Of a stretch of DNA of 64,000 nt, positions 19,406 through 28,648 are shown one piece after another. The translations under genes were made by a program, and so were the position numbers. This DNA comes from Candidatus Micrarchaeota archaeon CG1_02_47_40 (GTDB taxonomy: Archaea > Micrarchaeota > Micrarchaeia > Anstonellales > CG1-02-47-40), in the NCBI GenBank assembly GCA_001871475.1, contig MNVE01000016.1, positions 133,343 through 197,342 of the forward strand, given 5' to 3'. Below the pieces are notes generated by a model that was not told the origin of the DNA, did not search any database, and saw only the letters and a list, made by a program, of their open reading frames with translations. Position 1 is the first letter of the stretch. Every line of letters begins with the position of its first letter.

Positions 19406-19867
19406 TCACTTCTTCCTTCTTTTCAGCATCTCCTGTATTTCTTTTTTAAACTGGTTTATGTCCCCAAAATCCCTGTAAACTGAAGCAAAGCGCACATACG
19501 CAACAGGGTCAAGCCGGTAGAGTTTTTTTGAAACAATCTCCCCTATGAATGTGCTTTTTACTTCTGTTTTTTCGCGCTTTAGCAAAGTTCGTTCAATTTC
19601 GTCTGTTAGCTTTTCTATTTTCTCAAGAGGGATGGGCCTTTTCTCGCATGCTTTTAATATTCCCCCTTTCAGCTTCCCCCGGTCAAACTTCTCCCTTCTC
19701 CCGTCTTTTTTTATTACGAAAAGCTCCACCATTTCCGCCCTTTCATAAGTGGTGAAGCGCTTTTTGCATTTCAGGCATTCCCTCCTCCTTCTTGTAATCT
19801 GCATCTCATCCGTATCCCGGGAGTCTATCACGGAGGTTTCGTCGTGGAAGCAATACGGGCATCGCAT
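19406..19867 (-). CDS. nrdR: NrdR-like transcriptional repressor (zinc ribbon + ATP-cone)
   Basis: MRCPYCFHDETSVIDSRDTDE...RRRECLKCKKRFTTYE is the NrdR zinc ribbon. It is followed by an ATP-cone (VIKKDGRREKFDRGKL...). 153 aa. Confidence 0.8.
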   Translation of the reverse strand: MRCPYCFHDETSVIDSRDTDEMQITRRRRECLKCKKRFTTYERAEMVELFVIKKDGRREKFDRGKLKGGILKACEKRPIPLEKIEKLTDEIERTLLKREKTEVKSTFIGEIVSKKLYRLDPVAYVRFASVYRDFGDINQFKKEIQEMLKRRKK

Positions 19868-19935
19868 GTGCTAATAAGCCGTCTGAAGGTTTTTTATTCT
19901 TTGGCTGGGCAAGGGAGTGGAAGGAGGTGTGTTAG

Positions 19936-20124
19936 ATGGCTGCACCTGTTGAGGAAGGGAAGGAATACGAGGTTAGCGTGGATGCGCAGGGCTCGCGGGG
20001 GGATGGAATTGCGCATTTGGAGGGGTTCGTGATTTTTGTAAAGGGGGCAAAGGCAGGGGAGAAGGTGAAGGTGAAAATCGCCTCTGTAAAAAGGACGTTT
20101 GCTGTTGGAGAAGTGGTTAAGTAA
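19936..20124 (+). CDS. TRAM-domain small RNA-binding protein
   Basis: 62 aa, EYEVSVDAQGSRGDGIAHLEGFVIFVKGAKAGEKVKVKI, with a GGAGGTG SD. Confidence 0.75.
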   Translation: MAAPVEEGKEYEVSVDAQGSRGDGIAHLEGFVIFVKGAKAGEKVKVKIASVKRTFAVGEVVK

Positions 20125-20176
20125 TCGGGAAAGACTTAGGGGAAATCGTAAAATGAGCTAGAGGAAGGTTTTTCAT

Positions 20177-21934
20177 ATGTGCGGAATAATCGGCTACGTT
20201 GGAAATCAGGATGCTTCCAAGATAATACTGGAAGGGCTGCGCACTCTTGAGTATAGAGGATATGATTCGGCAGGCATTGCTGTTTTAGGGGATGCTGGAA
20301 TAGAAATAAGGAAGGATGAAGGAAGGATAGAAGAGATAGATAAGAAAGTGAAATTCGGGAAGATGGGAGGAAATTTGGGGATAGGGCACACGAGATGGGC
20401 TACTCACGGAGTGCCAAGCAAGGCAAATGCACATCCGCATTCGGATTGCAAGGGGGAAATAGCGCTTATTCATAATGGAGTGATAGAGAATTACAGGAAG
20501 CTGAAAGAAGAACTGCTCAAAAAAGGGCATAAATTCACTTCCGAAACCGATTCGGAGGTGATTGCACACCTCATAGAGGAGGAGAAGGGAAAAACCTTTG
20601 AGGAGAGATTTCTTTCCGCACTGCAAAAATTGGAAGGCTCCTTTGCCATACTTGCAATTGCAAAGGGAGAAAAGAAAATATACGGGGCAAGAAGAAGCTC
20701 GCCGATGATTATTGGGGCGGGAAAAGAAGAGATGTTCATAGCATCCGACATACCCGCAATGCTCAAGCACACAAAGGAGTTCAAGGTTGTGGAGGAGGGG
20801 GAGATGGTTGTGCTTGGGAAGGGGGAATGCAGAATAATTGGAATTGATAATGGGAAGGAGAGGACGCGCAAAAGCTTTACAGTGAATTGGAGCGCGCAAA
20901 GCGCGAAAAAGGATGGGTATAAGCATTTCATGCTAAAGGAGATTAATGAGCAGCCAAAATGCGTGCGGGATGCTTTGGCATCGGATGTTTCTTCTGCGGC
21001 AAAACTTGTTGCTTCTTCGGATGATTTGCAGATGGTTGCATGCGGAAGCTCCTACCATTCTGCGCTTGTGTTTAAGCATTTAGTGCAGGCGGAATGCGGA
21101 AAAAAATGCGAAGTATGCATTGCTTCGGAGTATGCTTATTCTTCAGTAGTTGGCAAAAACACCTGCATTATAGCAATATCGCAGTCAGGGGAAACCGCAG
21201 ATACTATGAGTGCAGTGAGGTTTGCAAAGAAGAAAGGAGCGAGAGTGATAGGGATTACTAATGTGATTTCAAGCTCTCTTGCACGCGAGGCGGATGAATG
21301 CGTTTCCCTGAATGCAGGACCGGAAATTTCCGTGGTTGCCACGAAAACATTCATGGCGCAATTGGCAGTGCTTTACAAACTGGCTTATGAAATTGGCGGA
21401 AAAAAAGACATGATTGAAAAACTAAAGGATGTGTCGCACTCGATAGAGCTTGCCCTTACAAAGCAGGGGGAGATTGAGAAACTGGCGGAAAGTTTGCTCC
21501 AAAAGCAGAGCTTTTTCTACATAGGCAGGGGGCTTTTCTATCCGATTGCGCTTGAGGGCGCACTGAAGCTGAAAGAGATTACTTATTTGCATGCTGAAGG
21601 ATTTGCAGGCGGGGAGCTGAAGCACGGGCCGCTTTCATTGATAGAGAAAGGAGTGCCGGTGATTGCGCTTGCGCCGAATGATGAAACCGTGCACAAGATG
21701 ATTGGGAGCATAAAGGAGTGCAAAGCAAGGGGCGCGCACGTAATAAGCATAAGCGATTCGCAGGAAGTGAAAAAGGAAAGCGATGAATGCGTAATGGTTG
21801 ATGGAGTTGATGCTTCCCTTTTCCCATTCATCTCCATATGCGTTTTGCAGCTTCTTGCGTATTATATGGCTGCTAAGAAGGAGCTTGACCCGGACAAGCC
21901 GAGGAATCTTGCGAAGTCTGTGACGGTGGAGTGA
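20177..21934 (+). CDS. glmS: glutamine--fructose-6-phosphate aminotransferase
   Basis: MCGIIGY N-terminal nucleophile and two SIS domains. 585 aa. Confidence 0.9.
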   Translation: MCGIIGYVGNQDASKIILEGLRTLEYRGYDSAGIAVLGDAGIEIRKDEGRIEEIDKKVKFGKMGGNLGIGHTRWATHGVPSKANAHPHSDCKGEIALIHNGVIENYRKLKEELLKKGHKFTSETDSEVIAHLIEEEKGKTFEERFLSALQKLEGSFAILAIAKGEKKIYGARRSSPMIIGAGKEEMFIASDIPAMLKHTKEFKVVEEGEMVVLGKGECRIIGIDNGKERTRKSFTVNWSAQSAKKDGYKHFMLKEINEQPKCVRDALASDVSSAAKLVASSDDLQMVACGSSYHSALVFKHLVQAECGKKCEVCIASEYAYSSVVGKNTCIIAISQSGETADTMSAVRFAKKKGARVIGITNVISSSLAREADECVSLNAGPEISVVATKTFMAQLAVLYKLAYEIGGKKDMIEKLKDVSHSIELALTKQGEIEKLAESLLQKQSFFYIGRGLFYPIALEGALKLKEITYLHAEGFAGGELKHGPLSLIEKGVPVIALAPNDETVHKMIGSIKECKARGAHVISISDSQEVKKESDECVMVDGVDASLFPFISICVLQLLAYYMAAKKELDPDKPRNLAKSVTVE

Positions 21935-21971
21935 ATGGCTTGCAAATAGCTTTTTATATTGCTTCTCCGTA

Positions 21972-22298
21972 TTGCAAACCATGGTAAGCATAAGAAAAAC
22001 CCTCAAATGCTCCTGCGGCACCTACATGAATTTTACTTTTGAGGCGGATATGCCCATTGAGGATTTGACCGTTTCAGGCAAATGCCCCTCCTGCGGGAAA
22101 ACGGTGCAGATAAGCGTCGTTTCGATGGAAGGGGGAAGCGCTGCAGCAGGAGGAAGCGTACAGATCACTGGCACTGTTTCCGAAGCGCTGACGGAAGAGG
22201 GGAAGGGAACTGAAACGCTTGAGCTTGACAATGCGGATTATGAGAGCGTTTCAAATGAGAATGTGGAAAGCGCGCTGAATGAAATGTTTAATCAGTAG
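21972..22298 (+). CDS. zinc-ribbon hypothetical protein
   Basis: CSCGT...CPSCGK, four Cys in a ribbon arrangement. Confidence 0.45.
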   Translation: MQTMVSIRKTLKCSCGTYMNFTFEADMPIEDLTVSGKCPSCGKTVQISVVSMEGGSAAAGGSVQITGTVSEALTEEGKGTETLELDNADYESVSNENVESALNEMFNQ

Positions 22299-23094
22299 CT
22301 TCTTTCGCATATTTCAGCACTTCTTCAACCGATTTTATTATCTTCCCCGGCTTATACAAACCGCGTGCGCGGGAAGCGGAATGCTTGTCTGTTGAGCCGG
22401 TAAGCACGCAGAATGAGAATATTCCCAATTTATTGGAGGCAAGCATATCCGTATCCAGCCTGTCCCCTACAAAGGCAACCTCCCTTTTCTGAAAATCGTT
22501 CTCATCCAGTATATCTTCTATTAAGAAGGTTTGGGGCTTTCCTATAATTACTTCTGGGCGTTTTCCGCTTGCAGTTGCGGCTGCTTCCACCATTGCGCCT
22601 GCTCCGGGGGCAAAGCCATTCTCAAGCGGAAGAGTGGCATCCGTGTTGGTTGCAATAAAAAGAGCGCCATTTCGTATTGCGCTGGCGGCGTGCGCAAGCT
22701 TTTTGTAATCAAACTTCCTGTCAAGCCCCACAACAACCGCGTCTGCCTCTTCGCCTGTGCATATTCTCACTCCTGCCCCCCTTATCTCCCTTTTCAAGCC
22801 CGCCTCCCCCACAACAAACACTTTCCTTATTTTTTCCTGCACAAGATATTTCGCAGTTCCATAGGCAGAGGTATATATGTGTTTTTTCTTCGCATCTATT
22901 CCCATCGCCGCAAGTTTTTTTCTATACTGCCCCCTGGTCTTTGTGGCGTTGTTTGTAAGAAAGAAAATGCGGCAATTTCTCCTGCCAAGCTCGCAAAGCG
23001 CTTCTGCCGCCCCCCTAATGGGAGTGGAGCCGAGGTATAGCACCCCGTCTAAATCAAATATAAATGATGAAAATGTGCGCATGGCAAGGGACAA
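22288..23094 (-). CDS. HAD-IIA family phosphatase (NagD-like)
   Basis: FIFDLDGVLY (DxD motif I) and GDRLDTD (motif IV). 268 aa. Confidence 0.75.
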   Translation of the reverse strand: MSLAMRTFSSFIFDLDGVLYLGSTPIRGAAEALCELGRRNCRIFFLTNNATKTRGQYRKKLAAMGIDAKKKHIYTSAYGTAKYLVQEKIRKVFVVGEAGLKREIRGAGVRICTGEEADAVVVGLDRKFDYKKLAHAASAIRNGALFIATNTDATLPLENGFAPGAGAMVEAAATASGKRPEVIIGKPQTFLIEDILDENDFQKREVAFVGDRLDTDMLASNKLGIFSFCVLTGSTDKHSASRARGLYKPGKIIKSVEEVLKYAKEATD

Positions 23095-23139
23095 GATTGT
23101 GCTTTAGAGTTTATAAGTTTTCCTGCCCTAACTCTAAAT

Positions 23140-25134
23140 ATGGGATATGAAAATAAACTGATATGCTTCCTGTTTGCACTTTTGCTTTTTGCGGGTGCGG
23201 TTTGGCCGAATTTCATCTACAACAAGACAATAAACGGAACCGGCGCTGATTTTTCAGAAAAATATGATGTTTTTGAAAATCCTGTAGGGGTGGCTGTGAA
23301 GAACGGAACCGTTTACGTGATTGACTCTGACAGGAGCTACCTTTTCACCATGAGCGGAAATGCGATAGCTTACCGCGTTGGCGGGGAAGGAGCAGATATT
23401 TCAAGCCTCTCCTCTCCAAGGGGGTTTGCATTTGACGGGAATGACATAATAATAAGCGACAGCGGAAACAACAAGCTGAAGCGGCTGCGCTATGGCGCTG
23501 TAACAAGCTTCAACGTGCAGCTTGCAACGTCGTTTGATTCTCCGCGCGGCATCTCTTCTTACGGAAACTCCCTTTACATCGCGGACACCTCAAACGACCG
23601 CATTGTTGTTCTGAAAAAGGTGAATGATGCCTACCAGTTTGACTTTGTATTCGGAAGCAGCGGCTCCTCCGACGGGCAGTTCAATGCGCCTGCAAGCGTG
23701 TTCGCATACGATGGCAAGGTGTATGTGGCTGACAAATACAACAACAAGGTGCAGGTTTTCTCTTTAAACGGGACTTTTGAGCGGAGCATAGGCATAGGAA
23801 AGGGAGGAGTAACGCTTCTTTCTCCAAGCGGCGTTTATGTAAGTGATTTTGTATACGTTGCAGACAGCGGAAACAACCGGGTGGCAGTGTTCACAAAAAC
23901 AGGAGAGCCTGTTGAAACATTCGGCGGGCCTGCAGAAGCGGAGCACATGAAACGGTTTTCAAACCCGCAAGGGGTTTGGGTTGATTCGGGAATGCTCTAC
24001 GTTGCCGATTCTTACAAGGCTCGCGTTCAGGTATTCAAGATAAACATGAGCTCAACCAACGCGGAGGTTGAGGAAAAGATTGCCCAATTGAATGTGAAGC
24101 TTGCGGAAATTGCCTCGCTGGCTGCGTTTGCAAAAACAAATCTTGGCATTTCCACCCCTGCCTCGGCGCTTGCAACCTGCATTGACGGAGTTTCTGCAGT
24201 ATATGAGGAAATGGAATTCACGCAGGCGCTCTCAAAAGCACAAGAATGCAACGAAACGGCTGATAATGAGATTGCCGATATGAAGGCGGCAATCGTAACG
24301 GAAATCCAAAAGAGGATAGGGACGGCGCAAAGCCGGCTTGGCGGATTTGCAGATGAAAATCAAGCGCAGAAAAAAGCAGAGGTGCAGGCGCTTCTGAATT
24401 TGGCTTCTTCAAACGTAAGCGCGGGAAATTATGAAACAGCGCTTCTGAAAATAGGCGAGGCAGACAAGAAGATGGATGGGATGGGGCTTCCGGGAGGCAG
24501 CACGGAAGTGGAGGAGGAAGCTCCAACCGGAACGCAGGACGCGCAAATACTCCTTGCAAGCCTCAACGCCTTAAAAGGGCAGATTTCTTTCATAAAAGCT
24601 GAACTTTTCACTTACGGGATGTTTGATGCAGGAATTGAGAACGCACAGCTTGGCATTTCGCGTGCAGAGATATACATCAGCTCCTCGCAGGCGCAGAAGG
24701 CGGAGGCAGAGCTGAACTCCCTTGAGTCAGCGGTTGTATCTGCAAGAAAAAGCCTCAATGACAGAAAGGAAGCGGTTGCTAATGCAAGCGCGAAGATAAA
24801 TGAAACGGAAAAATACCTGCAGCAGTCGGATAGCGGCTTTTTAGTAACGCCCGACACATCAAGCGCGAAGGCGAGATTGGAGGAAGCAAAAGGGAAGCTT
24901 TACGCCGACCCCAAAGGCGCGGAAACGCTTGCGAAAGAAGCGCAGCTTCTTGCAGGGCAGGCGGAGAACGCGCTTACGCAGGTTAAGATAATTGTAGGTA
25001 TTGGAGTGCTGGCAGTGCTTGCCGGCATTGCGGTGTTTGCGCTCCTTGTCTGGTACGTCTTCAAAAAAAGGAAGGCGGCAAGGGGAAGAATCAATTCCGA
25101 GGAAAGAAAGTGGAAACCCGGGCTGAAAAGGTGA
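23140..25134 (+). CDS. surface protein: signal peptide, NHL-repeat beta-propeller, coiled-coil stalk, C-terminal TM anchor
   Basis: Repeated SPRG(F/I)...D..NN(K/R)(L/V) NHL-like units, then a long helical region. C-terminal IVGIGVLAVLAGIAVFALLVWYVFKKRK. Confidence 0.7.
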   Translation: MGYENKLICFLFALLLFAGAVWPNFIYNKTINGTGADFSEKYDVFENPVGVAVKNGTVYVIDSDRSYLFTMSGNAIAYRVGGEGADISSLSSPRGFAFDGNDIIISDSGNNKLKRLRYGAVTSFNVQLATSFDSPRGISSYGNSLYIADTSNDRIVVLKKVNDAYQFDFVFGSSGSSDGQFNAPASVFAYDGKVYVADKYNNKVQVFSLNGTFERSIGIGKGGVTLLSPSGVYVSDFVYVADSGNNRVAVFTKTGEPVETFGGPAEAEHMKRFSNPQGVWVDSGMLYVADSYKARVQVFKINMSSTNAEVEEKIAQLNVKLAEIASLAAFAKTNLGISTPASALATCIDGVSAVYEEMEFTQALSKAQECNETADNEIADMKAAIVTEIQKRIGTAQSRLGGFADENQAQKKAEVQALLNLASSNVSAGNYETALLKIGEADKKMDGMGLPGGSTEVEEEAPTGTQDAQILLASLNALKGQISFIKAELFTYGMFDAGIENAQLGISRAEIYISSSQAQKAEAELNSLESAVVSARKSLNDRKEAVANASAKINETEKYLQQSDSGFLVTPDTSSAKARLEEAKGKLYADPKGAETLAKEAQLLAGQAENALTQVKIIVGIGVLAVLAGIAVFALLVWYVFKKRKAARGRINSEERKWKPGLKR

Positions 25135-25139
25135 GTTAA

Positions 25140-26144
25140 ATGAAAAAAGTGATTATTGCTGTGCTGATTCTGGCATTCGTATTCGTGCTTGCAGGCTGCC
25201 TCTCGCGCGGCTGCACCTCGGACAAGAATTGCAAGGAATGGCAGCTGTGCGACATGGCAAAAAAGGCGTGCGTGCTGCGCGAAGGGTATTGCACTGCGGA
25301 AGCTGACTGCAATGACACGATGAAAACCTGCGATTTGGAAACCCACCTTTGCGATTACAAAAAAGACAAGTGCAGGACGGATGGGGACTGCGAGGCATGG
25401 CAGGCTTGCAGGGAAGGGGACAGCAGCTGCGTTCCGCGCCTGGGATTCTGCAACTCCGATACGATGTGCGATGGGAATTTTGAATACTGCTCCCCGCTAA
25501 AGCACAAATGCTCGCCCAAACCCGGCAACTGCCTTGACCAGTTTGACTGCGAATCCTGGCAGTTCTGCAACACGGAAGAAAAAAAATGCGCGCCCCTCTC
25601 GGGAAAATGCGCACTGGAAATAGACTGCAGAGGATGGCAGACATGCGATACGCAAAATCACACCTGTATATTGAGAGTGGGATTCTGCAATAACGATATT
25701 GACTGCCTTGACTGGCAGCAGTGCGACCAGACGCTCAAAAGATGCGTTGTGCGCCCCACAAACTGCGTTGATGACACTGCGTGCAAGGAATGGCAGGTAT
25801 GCAACCCGCAGACAAACAATTGCCAGGCAAAGAACGATTTCTGCGATGATAATGCGAACTGCGATTCCTGGGAGAACTGCGAGCCGAACACGCATTCGTG
25901 CATTCCAAGGGCGGGGTACTGCTCTGACAATTCCGTTTGCGCCCCCTGGCAGGTGTGCGATGGCACTTCTCATATGTGCGTTTTGCGCGGCGGCTACTGC
26001 GGAAAGAATTCAGATTGCAGCTACAATGAGAGGTGCGAGTTTTCAGCAGGCACAAGCCAGTACAGGTGCGTTTCAGCTGTGTGCGGAGGGGATGCGGACT
26101 GCCCCGGCTCAACCTGCGATATGGAAAGGCATGTGTGTAGATGA
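25140..26144 (+). CDS. cysteine-rich tandem-repeat lipoprotein-like secreted protein (12 x ~26 aa, 4 Cys each)
   Basis: MKKVIIAVLILAFVFVLAGC lipobox-like leader. Repeats follow C-x4-5-DC-x2-WQ-x-C(D/N)-x5-6-C-x5-6. Confidence 0.65.
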   Translation: MKKVIIAVLILAFVFVLAGCLSRGCTSDKNCKEWQLCDMAKKACVLREGYCTAEADCNDTMKTCDLETHLCDYKKDKCRTDGDCEAWQACREGDSSCVPRLGFCNSDTMCDGNFEYCSPLKHKCSPKPGNCLDQFDCESWQFCNTEEKKCAPLSGKCALEIDCRGWQTCDTQNHTCILRVGFCNNDIDCLDWQQCDQTLKRCVVRPTNCVDDTACKEWQVCNPQTNNCQAKNDFCDDNANCDSWENCEPNTHSCIPRAGYCSDNSVCAPWQVCDGTSHMCVLRGGYCGKNSDCSYNERCEFSAGTSQYRCVSAVCGGDADCPGSTCDMERHVCR

Positions 26145-26147
26145 AAA

Positions 26148-27464
26148 TCAGATAGACACAAACTCGCGTAAAAGTTTTTGTCCGTCTGTTGACACGTCAA
26201 AAAAAAGCCAGCGTATTTCAGGAGATGGAACATAATAACGCGCCCTGCCTTCAACTCTAGACAGCCTAATACAATTATATTGGCGAAGAGTCGTTATTGC
26301 GTTTGAGATATTTTGGGGCTTCATTCTCAGTGCTTCGGATATGAGTTTATTCGTCGTTTCTTTTTTGATGATTATTTGCCTTAAAACTTTTATTTCCGTT
26401 TGATTTAATTTTGAAACATACCGCTCCTCGGCAATTCTTCTTAAAGCCCGCCCCATTGGCACAGGAGTAAGTTTAATCGGCTTGTTCTCAACGCTTAGCG
26501 CGGTTATTGCTGTAGTAAGCGACTTAAGTATCGCCCTAACGTTGCCCGAATAAAGCTTGTAAAGCGTTTCGATTGCTTCGTCTGAGTAGGGTTTCTCCGA
26601 GGTCATTTTACCTCCTATTGACAATTCCTTGATTCGCTTGTCTAAGATGCTGCAGATATCCTGAAATGAGAAAGACTCCATGTGTACTGGAGGACCGTAG
26701 AAGATGTCATCAACACGGGGAACTTTTTGGAGCATATCCGAAACGGTCATATCTCCGACGAAAATGAAGTGGACCCCCTCGGTCTGCAAGAAATCCCGTA
26801 TTCCATTAAAGAGCTTGATAATATTTTTTTCATCTTTGTCGTTCAATAATTCAAGATTATTATAGTGAATGGTCATCCCAACATAACCTATTTTTTTGAG
26901 ATTTTCAACGATTTCCTTTAGCGTGTCTTTCATGACGAAACTGTTGAATGCGGGGGCACCGTAAGAGATGCCTTTCTCGCCGCCTACGCTTATTGTTGCG
27001 ACTCCGCCGCTAATTCCTTGGCTTGAGCCGCGATAAGTTCCAAAGTATACATCTAATTTTTCCAAAAATTCTTTGTCGAATTTATTTCGAATGCCCTTAA
27101 TGCGATTTATGCTTGTATAAACTGCTGAGAGGGTGACCTGCATAAAATCTTCCGAATTCCAGTCATGCTGAATCCCTATCTCCGCTATTGTTGTAAAGTG
27201 ATTCTTTTCGAATGCTAATGCCCGTACATAGTTCACGAATGTGGTTTTGCCTACGCCTATATTTCCATTCACAAGTATTCTGCTTTGGGAATTGTTGAGG
27301 ATAATGTTATTGATTTGTTTTATCTCTTTTTCTCTGCCGAAAAAAGTTTGTATGGATAACTCGCCTCCGAATGCCTGAAGAGGGTCTGGCGAGAAAGGAT
27401 TTCCCCTCAACCCGTAATTAGCCCATAAACCGTATTGTTCACATTCGTTAGTGTTTATAGCCAT
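26148..27464 (-). CDS. Arch_ATPase-like (PF01637-type) P-loop NTPase with C-terminal wHTH
   Basis: FFGREKEIKQI signature, Walker A NGNIGVGKTT, Walker B FIFVGD. Located on a low-GC islet. Confidence 0.6.
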   Translation of the reverse strand: MAINTNECEQYGLWANYGLRGNPFSPDPLQAFGGELSIQTFFGREKEIKQINNIILNNSQSRILVNGNIGVGKTTFVNYVRALAFEKNHFTTIAEIGIQHDWNSEDFMQVTLSAVYTSINRIKGIRNKFDKEFLEKLDVYFGTYRGSSQGISGGVATISVGGEKGISYGAPAFNSFVMKDTLKEIVENLKKIGYVGMTIHYNNLELLNDKDEKNIIKLFNGIRDFLQTEGVHFIFVGDMTVSDMLQKVPRVDDIFYGPPVHMESFSFQDICSILDKRIKELSIGGKMTSEKPYSDEAIETLYKLYSGNVRAILKSLTTAITALSVENKPIKLTPVPMGRALRRIAEERYVSKLNQTEIKVLRQIIIKKETTNKLISEALRMKPQNISNAITTLRQYNCIRLSRVEGRARYYVPSPEIRWLFFDVSTDGQKLLREFVSI

Positions 27465-27592
27465 AATTATCGCCTTTTGATATTATAATGGCAAATCTAT
27501 TTAAATCTTTCTTTTAACCATATGTATTGTAAAATAACATTATAATTGGTATAACCGTTTAATAAAATGAAATATGAATGCTCGTAAAAGTT

Positions 27593-28648
27593 TCATTCAG
27601 CAGGATAAGACCCCAGCACACGCAGTGATTCGGATATTCTCCTTATTTTTTTCAGCACCCTCTCCACCTTGGGCTCGCATTCGTGCCCCTCAAAATCAAC
27701 AAAGAAGAGGTATTCCCATTTCCTTCCCTTGTACGGGCGCGACTCCACCTTAAGCAGGTTTATCTTCTCCTTTGCAAACACCCCAAGAGTTTGGTAAAGT
27801 GTGCCTGGCTTGTGAGGCAGGGTGAATAAGAGGGAGGTTTTGTCTTTGCCTGTCTTTTGGCAGGGGCTCCTCCCAACGATTATAAACCTCGTTGTATTGT
27901 CCTCGTAATCGCCTATATTGCGCTTGAGCACTTCAAGACTGAAAAGCTCCGCCGCAAGCTCGCTCCCTATGCTCGCACTCTGCCTGTCCAGCTTCCTGCA
28001 GGCAGAAGCGGTGCTTGCACAATCCTGCGTTAGGAATTTGTTCCTTTCTATGAATTTTGAGCACTGCAAAAGCGCGTTTGGATGCGCGATGATTGTTTTC
28101 ACCCTGCTGTGCGCCACTCCTTTCTTCGCAAGCAGGCAGTGGCGTATGGGCAATACCAGCTCTCCGACAATGTATCCGTTTGCCCTGTACAGATTATCAA
28201 GGGTTTCCCCTACGCTGCCTCCGCTGGAGTTCTCCACAGGGACGATGATTAGGGACACTTCCCCCTCCTCAAAAGAGGCAAAAGCGGAAGAAATCGTCCT
28301 GTGCGAAATAAGCTCTGTATTTTGCCCGAAATAGCTTAATGCCGCTATGTGCGAATACGTGCCCTCGGGCCCCAAATAGCCGACACGCACCTTTTTTTGC
28401 AATCCCCTGCAGGCGGAGATGATTTGAGTGTAGATTGAGGCGACATCCCCCTTGGGCAGGAGTTTTGCCCTTGAGGAAACCTTCCTTATCACTTCCCGCT
28501 CGCGGGATGTTTGGATTACTTCGGTTTTCCCTGCCTCGCTTTTTTTCTTCCCTATCTCCTTTGCTGCTTTTGCGCGCTCATCCAAGAGAGAAACTACCTT
28601 CGCGTCTATTGCGTCTATCTTCTTTCTTTCCTTCTCAAGATTTTCCAT
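27593..28648 (-). CDS. pheA: chorismate mutase / prephenate dehydratase (P-protein) with ACT domain
   Basis: N-terminal CM helix (ERKKIDAIDAKVVSLLDERAKAAKEI), PDT domain (RVGYLGPEGTYSH), C-terminal ACT. Confidence 0.85.
   Translation of the reverse strand: MENLEKERKKIDAIDAKVVSLLDERAKAAKEIGKKKSEAGKTEVIQTSREREVIRKVSSRAKLLPKGDVASIYTQIISACRGLQKKVRVGYLGPEGTYSHIAALSYFGQNTELISHRTISSAFASFEEGEVSLIIVPVENSSGGSVGETLDNLYRANGYIVGELVLPIRHCLLAKKGVAHSRVKTIIAHPNALLQCSKFIERNKFLTQDCASTASACRKLDRQSASIGSELAAELFSLEVLKRNIGDYEDNTTRFIIVGRSPCQKTGKDKTSLLFTLPHKPGTLYQTLGVFAKEKINLLKVESRPYKGRKWEYLFFVDFEGHECEPKVERVLKKIRRISESLRVLGSYPAE

Noticed and set aside
19406-26144. Bacterial origin of the contig, suggested by NrdR and an LAGC lipobox
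   Set aside because: The surrounding genes are unambiguously archaeal: Orc1/Cdc6, Cdc48, Bud32, Pelota, ABCE1, EndA, TYW1, DHS, archaeal PGK and class III pilins. NrdR and the lipobox are better explained as HGT or convergent features.
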